From the NCBI GenBank assembly GCA_000004695.1, contig CM000151.3, positions 3,136,001-3,200,000 on the forward strand: a stretch of DNA of 64,000 nucleotides, in the 5' to 3' direction. Position 1 is the first letter of the stretch; every line of letters begins with the position of its first letter. Shown in pieces: positions 11,963 through 23,374 of the stretch. The stretch comes from Dictyostelium discoideum (Eukaryota). A model generated the notes under the pieces. It saw only the letters and a program-made list of their open reading frames with translations, was not told where the DNA came from and made no database searches. Position numbers and translations under genes: made by a program.

Positions 11963-12575
11963 CATTACTATTATTATTTATTGTTAATTTTAATATATTT
12001 ATAATATATTCAATAATATTATCAATATATTCTTTTGCTACACTATTTGTTTCTTCATTTATATCATTTTCTACTAAATCTAATACACCATCCAATGTAT
12101 CTTTTATAAAATCTTCTTCATCATCTTGTTGATTATTTATTATTATTGATGAATTGAATTTATTATTTAATAATTTATCTTGATAATATCTTGAGAGTAA
12201 ACCAAGTATTATTCTGATTTCAGAGTATGAATCGAAATCGAGTTTTGAATTTTGAATTAATTTTGGTGATTTTATATTGTTGAAAAATGCACATTCATAA
12301 TGTTGATGTTTTGCTTGATTATCTTGTTTACATTTTTCACTACAATACCAAACTTCATTACATCCAAAACATCTTGGTACTTGTTGAGGTGATGGTGATT
12401 TAATTAACTTTATACAATTGTAACAACTATTCTTTTTAAAATCTTCACATGTAACTGCAAAATATGATTTACATTTTAATATACTCTCTCCAATGTCAAT
12501 ATCTCTATTTGCTATAATATACCTTCCCTCTAACTCTGAATTCGATAATTTTAATCCATCAAAAGATTTAAACAT
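11334..12575 (-). CDS. SET and MYND domain-containing (SMYD-type) lysine methyltransferase, copy 2 (tandem paralog)
   Basis: A 413-aa ORF with the same architecture and the same N-terminus ('MFKSFDGLKLSNSELEGRYIIANRDIDIGESILKCKSYFAVT') as the neighbouring 9928..11088 gene. The same MYND and SET ('NHSCIPNCESVRDGSDMTFKSLFPIKKGDQINISY') motifs are present. It contains a 29-codon poly-N insertion encoded by an (ATT)n run at 11866-11970. Confidence 0.85.
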
Positions 12576-12718
12576 TTATTTTATTATTTTTTATTTTATT
12601 TTATTTTTGAAAAAAAAAAAAATAAAATTAATTTTTATTTTTTTTTTTATTTTTTTTTTATTTTTTTTTTGATCAAAAAAAATTTTTGGAAAAATGGGAA
12701 AAATGTGTTTTTGATTTT

Positions 12719-12776
<58 letters not shown>

Positions 12777-13693
12777 AAAATAGAATTGCCCCATCTTTCA
12801 AGATATTTAAAATTTGATGGACAAGTGGGAAGAAAAAAAAAATTAAAAAAAAATAAAAATGATAATAAAAAAAAAAAAAAAATTTGGAATTGAGAAATCA
12901 TGGCAGACTTGTCTTTTTTTTTTTTATTTTTTTTTTTTTTTTATTTATTTTTGTGCAGGGTTTTTTTGTAAAACCAAGATATTTTTTAAAACCATTTTAC
13001 ACAATAATTTTTTTTCTTTTTTTTTTTTTTTTTTTATTTTTACTATTTTTTTTTTATTTTTTTTTTTTTTAAAAAAATTTATTTGTTTAATTTTATTTCT
13101 TTTTTTTTTATTAATTATCATTATTATTTTTATTTTTTATTTATTTTTTTTTTTATTTTTTTTATTTTTTTTTTTAATTTTTTGAAAACTTCAAAATTAA
13201 TTTCTATTTTTAACATTTTTTTTTTTTTTTCTGCTCCCATTACCTTTCTAAACAATTTTTTTTTCAAAACGACTCCATTTTGATTATAAAATTGAAAAAA
13301 ATAAAAAAAAATTTTTTTAATCGAAAAAATTCAAATTTTTTATTTTTTTTTTTAATTTTTTAATTTTTTTTTTTTGTTTAATGCATTTCCAACAACAGCA
13401 TTGTCATACCACTCCAAACAAACTCATTTTAATCTTGTTGTATTATTGTTTTTTACTTTTTTTTCTTTTAAAAAAAGTAAATAAACTTTTTTCCAACAAA
13501 AATTTCACACATGCATTTTTTTTTTTACCTTTATCTTTTTGTAATTTAAATTAAATAATAATAATAATAAAAATAAAAATAATAATTAAAATAATAATAA
13601 AAATAAAAATAATAATAAAAATCTATATGATAATAATAATAAAAATAGTAAAATAATAATAATAATAATAATAAATAATAATAATAAACTAAA

Positions 13694-13753
<60 letters not shown>

Positions 13754-13952
13754 GTATTTTAATAATTCAAACTATTCACTGTCGGCACCAACAAAGTTTT
13801 TAAGACTATTTTCACAACTTTTTTTCTTTTTTTTTTTTGTCCATTACAGACAAAAAAAAAAATTTTTTTAAAAAAAAAAAAAAGATTTAAAAAATTAAAA
13901 AAAAAAAAAATTAAAAAAAAAAAATTGATATAAAAAAAAATAGATATAACAG

Positions 13953-13983
<31 letters not shown>

Positions 13984-14162
13984 TGAAAAAAACCAAAACC
14001 AAAAAAATAAAAAAAACAAACAATAACCAAATAATAATAATTTATATATTTTATATATAAATTTAAAATAAAAAAAATAGATTTACAATTTAAAAATTAA
14101 AATATTACTATAGCAATAATAGTAATAATTTAAAAAATATGAATAATAATATTAATAGTACT

Positions 14163-14252
<90 letters not shown>

Positions 14253-14383
14253 TCCAATAAAGACAATTATAATGGATATAAAACACCCAAGATCCAAAAC
14301 CAAATAGTAAACCCTCAAAGTATCAACCAATAAAAACACAAACTCAATTTAGTAAACCCGATATTGCCAAAAATATTGGAGAA

Positions 14384-14521
14384 TTGGTTGAATATTTAGA
14401 TAAAAAGAAACAATATATTGAAGGAAAAGCATCAACAACACCTTTATCAACTTCACCAACATTAAATTCAAAATCATCATTTAATAATAATAATAATAAT
14501 AATAATAACAATAATAATAAT

Positions 14522-14590
<69 letters not shown>

Positions 14591-15010
14591 TTTTCAGAAG
14601 ATGATGAATATTATAGTGATGATAATCAAAATAATCAAAATAATCAAAATAATAATAATTGTGAAGATTCAGAATTAAATATTGAAGAATATTCAAATAT
14701 ATTTAAAAAATTAAAACAAGAGAATAGTTTTAATGAAATTATAAATTTTACAGAGAGGGAAATTTTGGTATTATGTGAAGTTTGTAAACATTATTTTAGT
14801 GATTTCAAAAAGAATAAATTCAATAATTTCGATAAATTATTATTATATTTAGCATTTAGTAAAGCAGGATCAAGCACAACACACATTAGTAAAATGTTTA
14901 ACGTTACTCAAGTTACAATTAGTCGGGTTGTACAAAAGATACGTATTGTAATTGATCAACTTTCAAAAAGAGATTTACCATTTGATATATTTAGACCATC
15001 AGTTAATGGT

Positions 15011-15052
<42 letters not shown>

Positions 15053-15061
15053 TCAAATAAT

Positions 15062-15103
<42 letters not shown>

Positions 15104-16507
15104 CAAAATAATTTTAAAATTCAAAAGAATCCATATCATATTGGTTTAATAGTTGATTGTATCACTATTAAAACTACAATAGCAGATTCAAAGAAAAAGG
15201 AATACTTTGATCCAATTAATAACATATATGGCATTAAATTTATGGTTGCAGTTCAATTCAGTTCACCACATTATTCAATTTTTGTTTCTGCACCTTATCT
15301 TGGTTCAACACCTGATCTAACCATATTTAATCAACAAAAACATAATCTATTAAACTATCTTCAAAAACAAGATACACCTTCAGAAATTGATCAAACTGGT
15401 AAATTTAAATCATGGGCAATTTTAACTTTATTCGATCCTCAAACAGGTTCCTCATTACCTTATTCAAATTATTATAAAAATGTTAATGGTATGGTTCAAA
15501 TAGTTAATCAAAATCAAAATCAAAATAATCAAAATAATCAAAATAATCAAAATAGTCAAAATAATCAAAATAATAACAATCAAAGTAATTATTGTAATAA
15601 TAATAGTTTACCATCTAGTGCAACAACTACACCACCATTAAATTCACAAAATTATAATAATAGTAATAGTAGTAGTAGTAGTAATATACAGGAATATACA
15701 ATGACGACGACCATGATGACGGCAACGACGGCCACAATGACAACTACTACAACTACAAATACAAATTCAAAGTGTATTGATGAAATGAGAATAATAAATA
15801 TAAATGATAATTTAAAAGAATTTGAATCACATAGGATGACAATTGATAAATATTTTGGTAGATTATATGGGTTATGGGGAATTACTGGTAATTATCGGTT
15901 GGATCAACGTTTCATTGAAATCGATTTTAAAAATTTACAATGGTTAACAAATGTTCATATTCAAAAGAAAGATTTAGATAATGACGATTTAACTTTTTTT
16001 TATCAATTTAAAAAGAATTTATTTGAATCTGATAAAAGAATTACAAAAAGTAGAAAAAAAGATAAAAAAGTAACAAGTCCACAACAAAGAAGACAATCAA
16101 ATAGAAATCATGATATTAATAATAATAATAATAATAATAATAAAAATAATATTAATATTAATATCAATAATAATAATAACAATAATAATAGCAATAATAA
16201 TAATAGCAATAATAATAATAATAGCAATAATAATAGTAATAATAATAATAATAATGGAAATAGTGATGGAAATAATAATAGTGATAACAGTAAATATAAT
16301 ATTAATAATATTATTAATAAAAACAACATCAATAATAATAATAATAATAACATATCTTCATCTACAACCACCTCAACTTCAACTACATTTCAAAATCATT
16401 CATTTGATGATGAAGAGTATGAAGATGAATCATATGATACCTCTGAATATGACGATGGTGAATTAATTTTTGATGGAGATGATGAAGATAATAATTTTAA
16501 TAATAAT

Positions 16508-16541
<34 letters not shown>

Positions 16542-16612
16542 TAGAAACAAATAGAAATAAAAATGATGATCCTCGTGAAGATACTGGTCCATTTAAAAAA
16601 AGAAAATTTTAG
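14384..16612 (+). CDS. Harbinger/PIF-type DDE transposase-derived protein (HTH + DDE_Tnp_4 core), heavily interrupted by poly-N tracts; likely a domesticated HARBI1-like gene. The 5' end and true start are unresolved
   Basis: A 742-codon ORF. An in-frame stop at 14279-14281 and the absence of an ATG before TTG 14384 imply an upstream exon or alternative start. The helix-turn-helix reads 'SSTTHISKMFNVTQVTISRVVQKI'. The DDE_Tnp_4-like blocks are 'IGLIVDCITIKTT' (D-x-T), 'YGIKFMVAVQFSS', 'VSAPYLGSTPDLTIFN' (PGS.hD..I) and 'IDKYFGRLYGLWGITGNY' (ER.FG.LK.RF). These are separated by N-rich and other low-complexity tracts of 27 to more than 100 codons. Confidence 0.7.
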
Positions 16613-16624
16613 TGCAAAATTTAA

Positions 16625-16982
16625 ATTAAAACAAATAAAGAAAATGTTTATTTTTTTCCTTTTTTTTTTTTTATAATTTTAATATAATCAGTTTTTTTTT
16701 TTTTAATTATTTAGATATTTTTTTTATATGTTTATATATATACATTTTTTTTAAAAAAAAAAAAGTTGTAATTTATTCTATTCAAACCAAAACATTCTTT
16801 AATTGGTATGCTAATTGTAACATTTGATCGGTTGCTGAATTCCAACATTTTCCATCCATCAAATACACCTTTAATTCCTCTGGATCATCCTAAAATTTTA
16901 GGTTAAATTTTAAATCAAACAAACAAAGAAAATGTTTATTTATTTTTTTTATAAATGTAATTAATTAATTTTAATTTATACT

Positions 16983-17041
<59 letters not shown>

Positions 17042-17215
17042 CAATTAAATAATTCAAATATTCATTTTTTCATGTAAGTATATTTTCTTTAAAAAAAAAA
17101 TTTGTTGTAGTTTATTCTCCTCAACCCAAAAACATTCTTGATACTGCACGTTTTACTAATTGTTCCGTTTGGTTGGTTGCTGAACTCCAATATTTTCCCT
17201 TCCATCAAATCAACT
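16625..17215. repeat. Tandem direct repeat: two ~290-bp units of about 75% identity, immediately 3' of the Harbinger-like gene
   Basis: Unit starts are 'aaacaaataaagaaaatgtttattttttt' (16631) and 'caaacaaacaaagaaaatgtttatttatttttttt' (16915). Unit cores are 'gttgtaatttattctattcaaaccaaaacattctttaattgg...ggttgctgaattccaacattttccatccatcaaatacacc' (16770-16870) and 'gttgtagtttattctcctcaacccaaaaacattcttgatact...ggttgctgaactccaatattttcccttccatcaaatcaac' (17100-17215). Confidence 0.8.
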
Positions 17216-17260
17216 GTAAATATTTTTGATGATTCTAAAATTATAAAAAAATATTAGTTA

Positions 17261-17420
17261 TTGCTTTATTTTATTTTATTTTATTTTATTTTATTTTATT
17301 TTATTTTATTTTATTTTATTTTATTTTATTTTATTTTATTTTATTTTATTTATTTATTTATTTTTTTTATTTTATTATATTTTATTTTTTTATCTATTTG
17401 TTGTTTGTTTATCTATATAT

Positions 17421-17463
<43 letters not shown>

Positions 17464-17470
17464 TTTGTTT
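17261..17470. repeat. (TTTTA)n followed by (TTTA)n microsatellites
   Basis: Visible 'ttttattttattttat' repeats at 17261-17345 and 'atttatttattt' repeats at 17400-17465. Confidence 0.9.
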
Positions 17471-17934
17471 ATAAAAACAATATCAAATAATTTCAATAAT
17501 AATATTTATTTAAGACAAAAAAAAAAAAAAAACAATAGCAAATAAAACAGTATCAAAATATCAAATAAATGTTTGGTATTGTTTTTTTTTTTTTTTAATA
17601 TGCACAATTTAAAAAAATTAAAATAAATTAAAAAATAAAATAAATTTGCTGTTAAACAGTGAAAAAAAATAATTATTAGAAATTTTTTTTTGAAATTTGA
17701 ATTTAAACCACCTCCAACAACAAAAAAGTGCGCTAAATAACGGAATTGATTTTAAAATTTTTTTTATTTAAATGGGCCAAAAAAAAAAAAAAAAGTTTTT
17801 TCTTTTTATTTCAAAATTTTTTTTTTTTTCATAGTTCACAAACAAACATAACAAAAAAAAATAAATAAATAAAAACACAAATAATTTAAACAGTAAGTGA
17901 TAATCTATATAGTTTAGTTTTGGAATATGGTCTA

Positions 17935-17968
<34 letters not shown>

Positions 17969-18180
17969 AACACTACCAAATTTAAATAAACATTTCAATA
18001 AACTAATTAGTCTTACCATAACTTTACTTTATTTTTTATTTTTTATTTTTTATTTTTTATTTTTTATTTATTTTTTTTTATTTTATTTACACTTCATACC
18101 TAATTTTCCTTTATTCCAATTGCACATTACTTATAAACAATAGATATATAAATTAATAAAAAAAAAAAAAAATAAAAAAA

Positions 18181-18441
18181 ATGTCATCAAGAGATAAACA
18201 AGATAGTAGAAAGAAAGAATTTAAAAAATCACTCGATAGTGAAACAGCAAGAAGAAAGAGAGAAGAAAACTCAATTGGTATTAGAAAAAATGCTAGAGAA
18301 GAGTTAATGTTAAAGAGACGTGGTATCGTTCAACCAAATCCTTCAACTTCTTATCAAATTATCGTTCCACCAGAAGTTCAAGAACAATTCCAAAAATATG
18401 AAAATGAAACTATGGAAAATAAGGTAAATCATAATAGAATC

Positions 18442-18523
<82 letters not shown>

Positions 18524-19997
18524 CACATATTAATTTCTCGATTTTTTTTTTTATTTTTTATTTTTTATTTTTTTTTTTTTTTAATAGATTAAAAATTTAC
18601 CAGGATTAGTTACAGCATTAAATTCAAACGATCAAGCATATGTTTATTCATCATTAGTACAATTTAGAAAGTTATTATCAATTCATGCTTATCCACCAAT
18701 TGATCAAGTTATTGAATGTGGTATTATACCAAAATTGAATCAACTCTTACAATGTAATAATCCAAAGGTACAATTTGAATCAGCATGGGCATTGACCAAT
18801 ATTGCATCTGGTAATAATAGACAAACTCAAACTGTGATGGAAAGTGGTTCCGTACCAATCTTTATTCAGTTATTATGTGCAGAAACTACCGATGAAGTTA
18901 AGGAACAATGTGCTTGGGCATTGGGTAATATTGCAGGTGATACAGTTGATTCAAGAAACTATCTCTTGAAATATGGTGCAATGAATGCTTTAATTCCATT
19001 GCTACACTATGGTGAAGATAATGGTGCCACCACCACCTCAGCCAATTCCGAGCGTAAAATTGGTCTAATTCAAAATGTTGTCTGGACAATTTCAAATTTG
19101 TGTCGTGGTAAACCACAACCAGATTTCTCTGTGGTTAGTCAATGTTTACCAGCAATCAACGAGTTGATCAGAATTGAAAATCTTCCAAGTGAAATCTATG
19201 GTGATTTATGTTGGGCATTATCTTACCTCTGTGATGGTCCAAATACAAAGATTCAAGCCGTCATCGATAGTGGTGTCGTACCAAGATTGGTCAAACTATT
19301 GGAATATCCAGATAGTATCGTTTTCACACCAGCATTACGTGCCGTTGGTAATATTGTCACTGGTGAATCTAGCCAAACTCAAATAGTCATCGATAATAAT
19401 GGTGTTGAATTGATCACTCGTCTCTTGGCCGTTCAAAAGAAATCCATTCGTAAAGAATCATGTTGGGCATTATCAAATATCACCGCTGGTGAACCATCAC
19501 AAATCGATGTTGTCGTATCAAATCCAAAGACAGTGACAACCTTGATCAGTCTTCTCTCCCACAGTGAACATGACATTAAACGTGAAGCATGTTGGGCTTT
19601 ATCAAACTCTACCAATAATTCATCAACTAAATCAATTCAAACCTTGGTTCGTCACAATATCTTGAAACATTTTATCGATTTATTAAACTCTCAAGATTTA
19701 GTTATCCTTAAAATCGTCTTGGAAGGTTTAATCAATATCATTAAAGAAGGTGAAAAAACTAAAACTAAAACTGGTGTTAATCCATACGTTAACTTGATCT
19801 CTGAAATGCAAGGTGAATCCATCATTTATGATCTTCAAGAGCATCAATCAAAAGATGTTTACAAGAAAGCTTTCGAACTTATTGAATTCTTTGAAAGTTC
19901 AGATTATTCTGATTCTGAAAATTCTGAACCAAATATAAATCAAAATGGTCAATATGAATTTAGTTCAAATTATAATAGTAATTCAATTAATATTTAA
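18181..19997 (+). CDS. Importin subunit alpha (karyopherin alpha), two exons
   Basis: Model: join(18181..18423, 18588..19997). Exon 1 encodes the IBB domain ('RKKEFKKSLDSETARRKREENSIGIRKNAREELMLKRR'). The donor is GTAAAT at 18424. The 164-nt intron contains a poly-A tract of about 90 nt and ends with the acceptor 'TTAATAG' at 18587. Exon 2 encodes ARM repeats with the canonical 'FESAWALTNIASG', 'EQCAWALGNIAGD', 'VWTISNLCRGK', 'ESCWALSNITAG' and 'EACWALSN' motifs. Confidence 0.9.
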
Positions 19998-20008
19998 ATA
20001 ATAATTAA

Positions 20009-20042
<34 letters not shown>

Positions 20043-20380
20043 CATGTCATCAATTTTAAAATTACTAGTAAATTAATATTTCAACTAGTAAATTAAAATT
20101 GTACAATCAATATTTGTATAGATTAAAAAAACAAAACAAACAAAACAAAACAAAACAAAAAAAAAAAACAAAACAAAATAACTAATATCATCTTTCAAAA
20201 TTATTAAGTTGATTTTTAAATGAATAATAATAAAAAAAAAAAAAAAACATCTAATTTTAAAATAATTATTTTCAAAATTCGTTTTTTCACTTTTTTTCAT
20301 TTTTTCTTAATTTTTATTTTTTTTATTTTTTTTTTAATTTTTATTTTTTTTTTTATTTTATTCTTTTGATCAAAACTAAA

Positions 20381-21360
20381 ATGATTACTAATAGATTAAT
20401 TAATTCATGTAAATCCTTAAATGGAATTGTTTCTAAAAGTTTACTAAATAATACTACTAAAAATGTTATTTTTCAACAACAACAACAAATTAGGAATATG
20501 TCGTCTTGGAAAAATTTTTTAAATCCATTTAAATATTATAAAGAAAATGCAGATACTCAACAAAAAAGAAGAGTGTAATTATTATAATTAATTATTATTA
20601 TTAATTATTATTTTTGAATTAATATTAATAGTTAGTTTTTTTTTAAAAAAAAAAAAAAAAAATAAATTTAAAAAAAAAAAAGTAAAAAAGAATTAGAAGA
20701 TGGTGTTTTATGGGATGTTAAAGAATTTATGAAAAATCCAACAATGAAAGTTTTTGTTGGATCACCAAATTTAATTAATGAATCACAAGCAGAAGTTGTA
20801 CCACAAATTAAAACAAAAGATTTGGATGGTAATAAATTGGAATTTCCAAATTGTTTAAATAAAGATAATAATGATCCATCATTATTAATCGTTTCAGTTA
20901 AACCATTTCATGCTGATAAATTTATAAAAAGTTGGTCTGAACCATTTAAAAAGGAATTCCCACAATTGGATATTCATAGTATATTTTTGGTTTCACAATT
21001 AGGTTATCAAATTTTATCACCCCTTTTAAAAAGTACTCGTAAAGGAAAGAATAATGATCTTACAGAATCTTGGTATAATTTACCAATGGCAATTAAAAGT
21101 AAATTATTATTATTTTTATTAATTATTATTATTATTATTTTAAATTTATATAATACTAATCTTTTTTTTTTTTTTTTTTTTTTTCAGAATCAAATACAAT
21201 TTTTGAAGATTTTGGTGTTACAAATCCATATTCATCATATATATTTTTAGTTGTTGATGGTAAAATTCGTTGGAAATCATCTGGTTTATCAACTCCAAAT
21301 GAAGTTGAAACTTTAAAAAAATTAACTAAATCTTTATTGGAGGATAAAAATAAAAAATAA
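20381..21360 (+). CDS. Mitochondrial presequence protein, ATP10-like (F1Fo-ATPase assembly factor family), three exons. The family assignment is tentative
   Basis: Model: join(20381..20574, 20683..21098, 21188..21360), totalling 261 codons. Donors are GTAATT at 20575 and GTAAAT at 21099. Acceptors are A10AG at 20682 and T-rich 'TTTTCAG' at 21187. The N-terminus 'MITNRLINSCKSLNGIVSKSLL' is amphipathic and presequence-like. The C-terminal 'YIFLVVDGKIRWKSSGLSTPNEVETLKKL' resembles the ATP10 family signature. Splice phases are consistent (2, 1). Confidence 0.5.
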
Positions 21361-21832
21361 AAAAAAATATAGATATTAATATAAATAATAGTTAATTAAA
21401 AAAAAAAAAAAAAAAATAAACCTTTTTATTTTTATGGTTTTTTTATTTTTTTATTTTTTTTTTTTTTATTCTGATCAACGGTTAAAAATAGATGGCTAAT
21501 TTTTAAATCTAACATTAAAACAAACACACCCAAATTTGTAATGTTTTTTTTTAAACACACAATAATTTCACACACTTACAAATAAAAAAAAAAAAAAATA
21601 AATAAATTCAAAACAATTAAAAATAAAAAAAAAAATTAAATAAATAAAAAATAAAATAATTAATCATTTAAAAAAAAAAATAAAAAAATAAAAATAAAAA
21701 ATAATAACACATATTTCTTTTTCACTCTACATATACAACACACATTGATAAAATAATAGTTTCTTTCTTTTTTTTTTTCTTTTTTTTTTTTTTTTTTATT
21801 TATAATAATATTTAAATTTATTTTTAAAAATA

Positions 21833-22892
21833 ATGAAATTAAATTATAATTTTTATTTTTTAATAATTTTATTAATATTTTTAATAATTAATAAAAATCA
21901 AAGTCAAATTGTTAAAGGACCAAAAATTTGGTCAAAACAAATTATAGATACAACATTTATGTTAAATCAAGGTATAAATTTCACAGTTAATAATATTACT
22001 AATGATTCAAATAAAATGTATCAAAGATATGATTGGTCATTTATGAGATTTTTCATACATAATAATAAAAGCAAATTATTAATGTCTACAGATTATCATC
22101 CAAGAGTTGACGAATTCACTACAATAAAAATACCAAATACTAATTTCATGGTTCAAAATGAGCATTATACAGTTTGGGCAGAATTCCCAGGTTTAAAAAA
22201 TATTTCAACATTTACAAGTGTTAGAGAGAATCAAACATTTCCATGCACATTTAATAATAGTATTGGTGTAATGGAAACTCTAACAAATTATACAGATTGT
22301 AAAAATAATACAAGTGGAAATTATACAAAAGAAGTTATAGTGAATACTGAAACTTTTAAATTGTATCCAATAATTTTACCACCAAAACATATATTTTCAA
22401 ATTTAACTCAATCATTTGTAAATTATTTTACAATTATTGTTCAATTAGAGAATGGTAAAATTGTTGATGCTGTTTGGGATGGTGATAGAATTCCTGGTAT
22501 GTGTGAAAAACAGTGTGATCAATGTATTGATTCTCAATGTGGTGTAAAAGTTAAGGATATGAAATGTAATGAATTAAGAGATAATGATAAATTATCAAAT
22601 TCAACAATAATTAATGGTACAACAACAACAACAACAACTACTACTGGCACATCAACAACTACACCATCTTCTACTCCGATTTTAATTAGAGATGGAATAC
22701 CAATTAATGGTTGTCAAGTTAAATCTTTTATTGCTTGGGCTGGTGTAGATAGGTTGGGTAAACCTTGCCAATCAATTAATAAAATACCTTCAAAATTTCA
22801 AGAATATTCTGCAACTTCAATAAAGAAAATTGGTACTGGTTTATTAACTGATTTCTTATATCGTGTTAATGACCAAAATAATCCAAATACTC

Positions 22893-22897
<5 letters not shown>
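21833..22897 (+). CDS. Secreted Cys-containing protein, paralog B of the 2626..3991 gene; single exon
   Basis: A 354-aa uninterrupted ORF with the signal peptide 'MKLNYNFYFLIILLIFLIINKNQSQ'. It is colinear with the four-exon paralog, including sequence across all three of that gene's intron positions. An extra poly-T(hr) tract is present ('GTTTTTTTTTGTSTTTPSSTP'). Confidence 0.8.
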
Positions 22898-22926
<29 letters not shown>

Positions 22927-23188
22927 ATTTATGTAAAATCAAATTGATACAAATTAATAAATTAAAAATAAAAGAAAATAATTTTTTTAATTAAAATATT
23001 AAAGTACGATAGTATATTAGTTTTAATTTTTTTTTTTTTTTTTTATTTTTAATTTTATTTTATTTTTTTTTTTTAATATTTATTTTTCTATTTTTAGAGT
23101 GGGGTTAATTAATGTCACTTTTTATAGTTGAAATTATATACACAAGATTATTATACTATTGCCAACCATGAATATTAATTTATTTTAA

Positions 23189-23219
<31 letters not shown>

Positions 23220-23374
23220 TAGTATTTAAATTGTAAATATTTTTTTTTTTTTAAAAAATTATACTATTTAATTTATTTATTTATTTATTTATTTATTCAT
23301 TAATTATATATTCATTTATTATAATAAGAATAAAAAAAAAAAAAAATTGTTTAAAAAAAAAAAAAAAAAAAAAA

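Noticed and set aside
12591-14339. Cluster of poly-F, poly-K, poly-I and poly-N ORFs on both strands (12591-13283, 13759-14019, 14130-14339)
   Set aside because: Homopolymer-rich intergenic DNA. There is no codon diversity and no start context. Only the 14139-14333 N-rich piece is mentioned as a possible 5' exon of the Harbinger-like gene.
16108-16466. Poly-I and poly-L ORFs on both strands inside the Harbinger-like gene
   Set aside because: Alternative-frame translations of the (AAT)n coding repeats.
17261-17545. 94-aa ORF 'MLYFILFYFILFYF...'
   Set aside because: A translation of the (TTTTA)n/(TTTA)n microsatellites.
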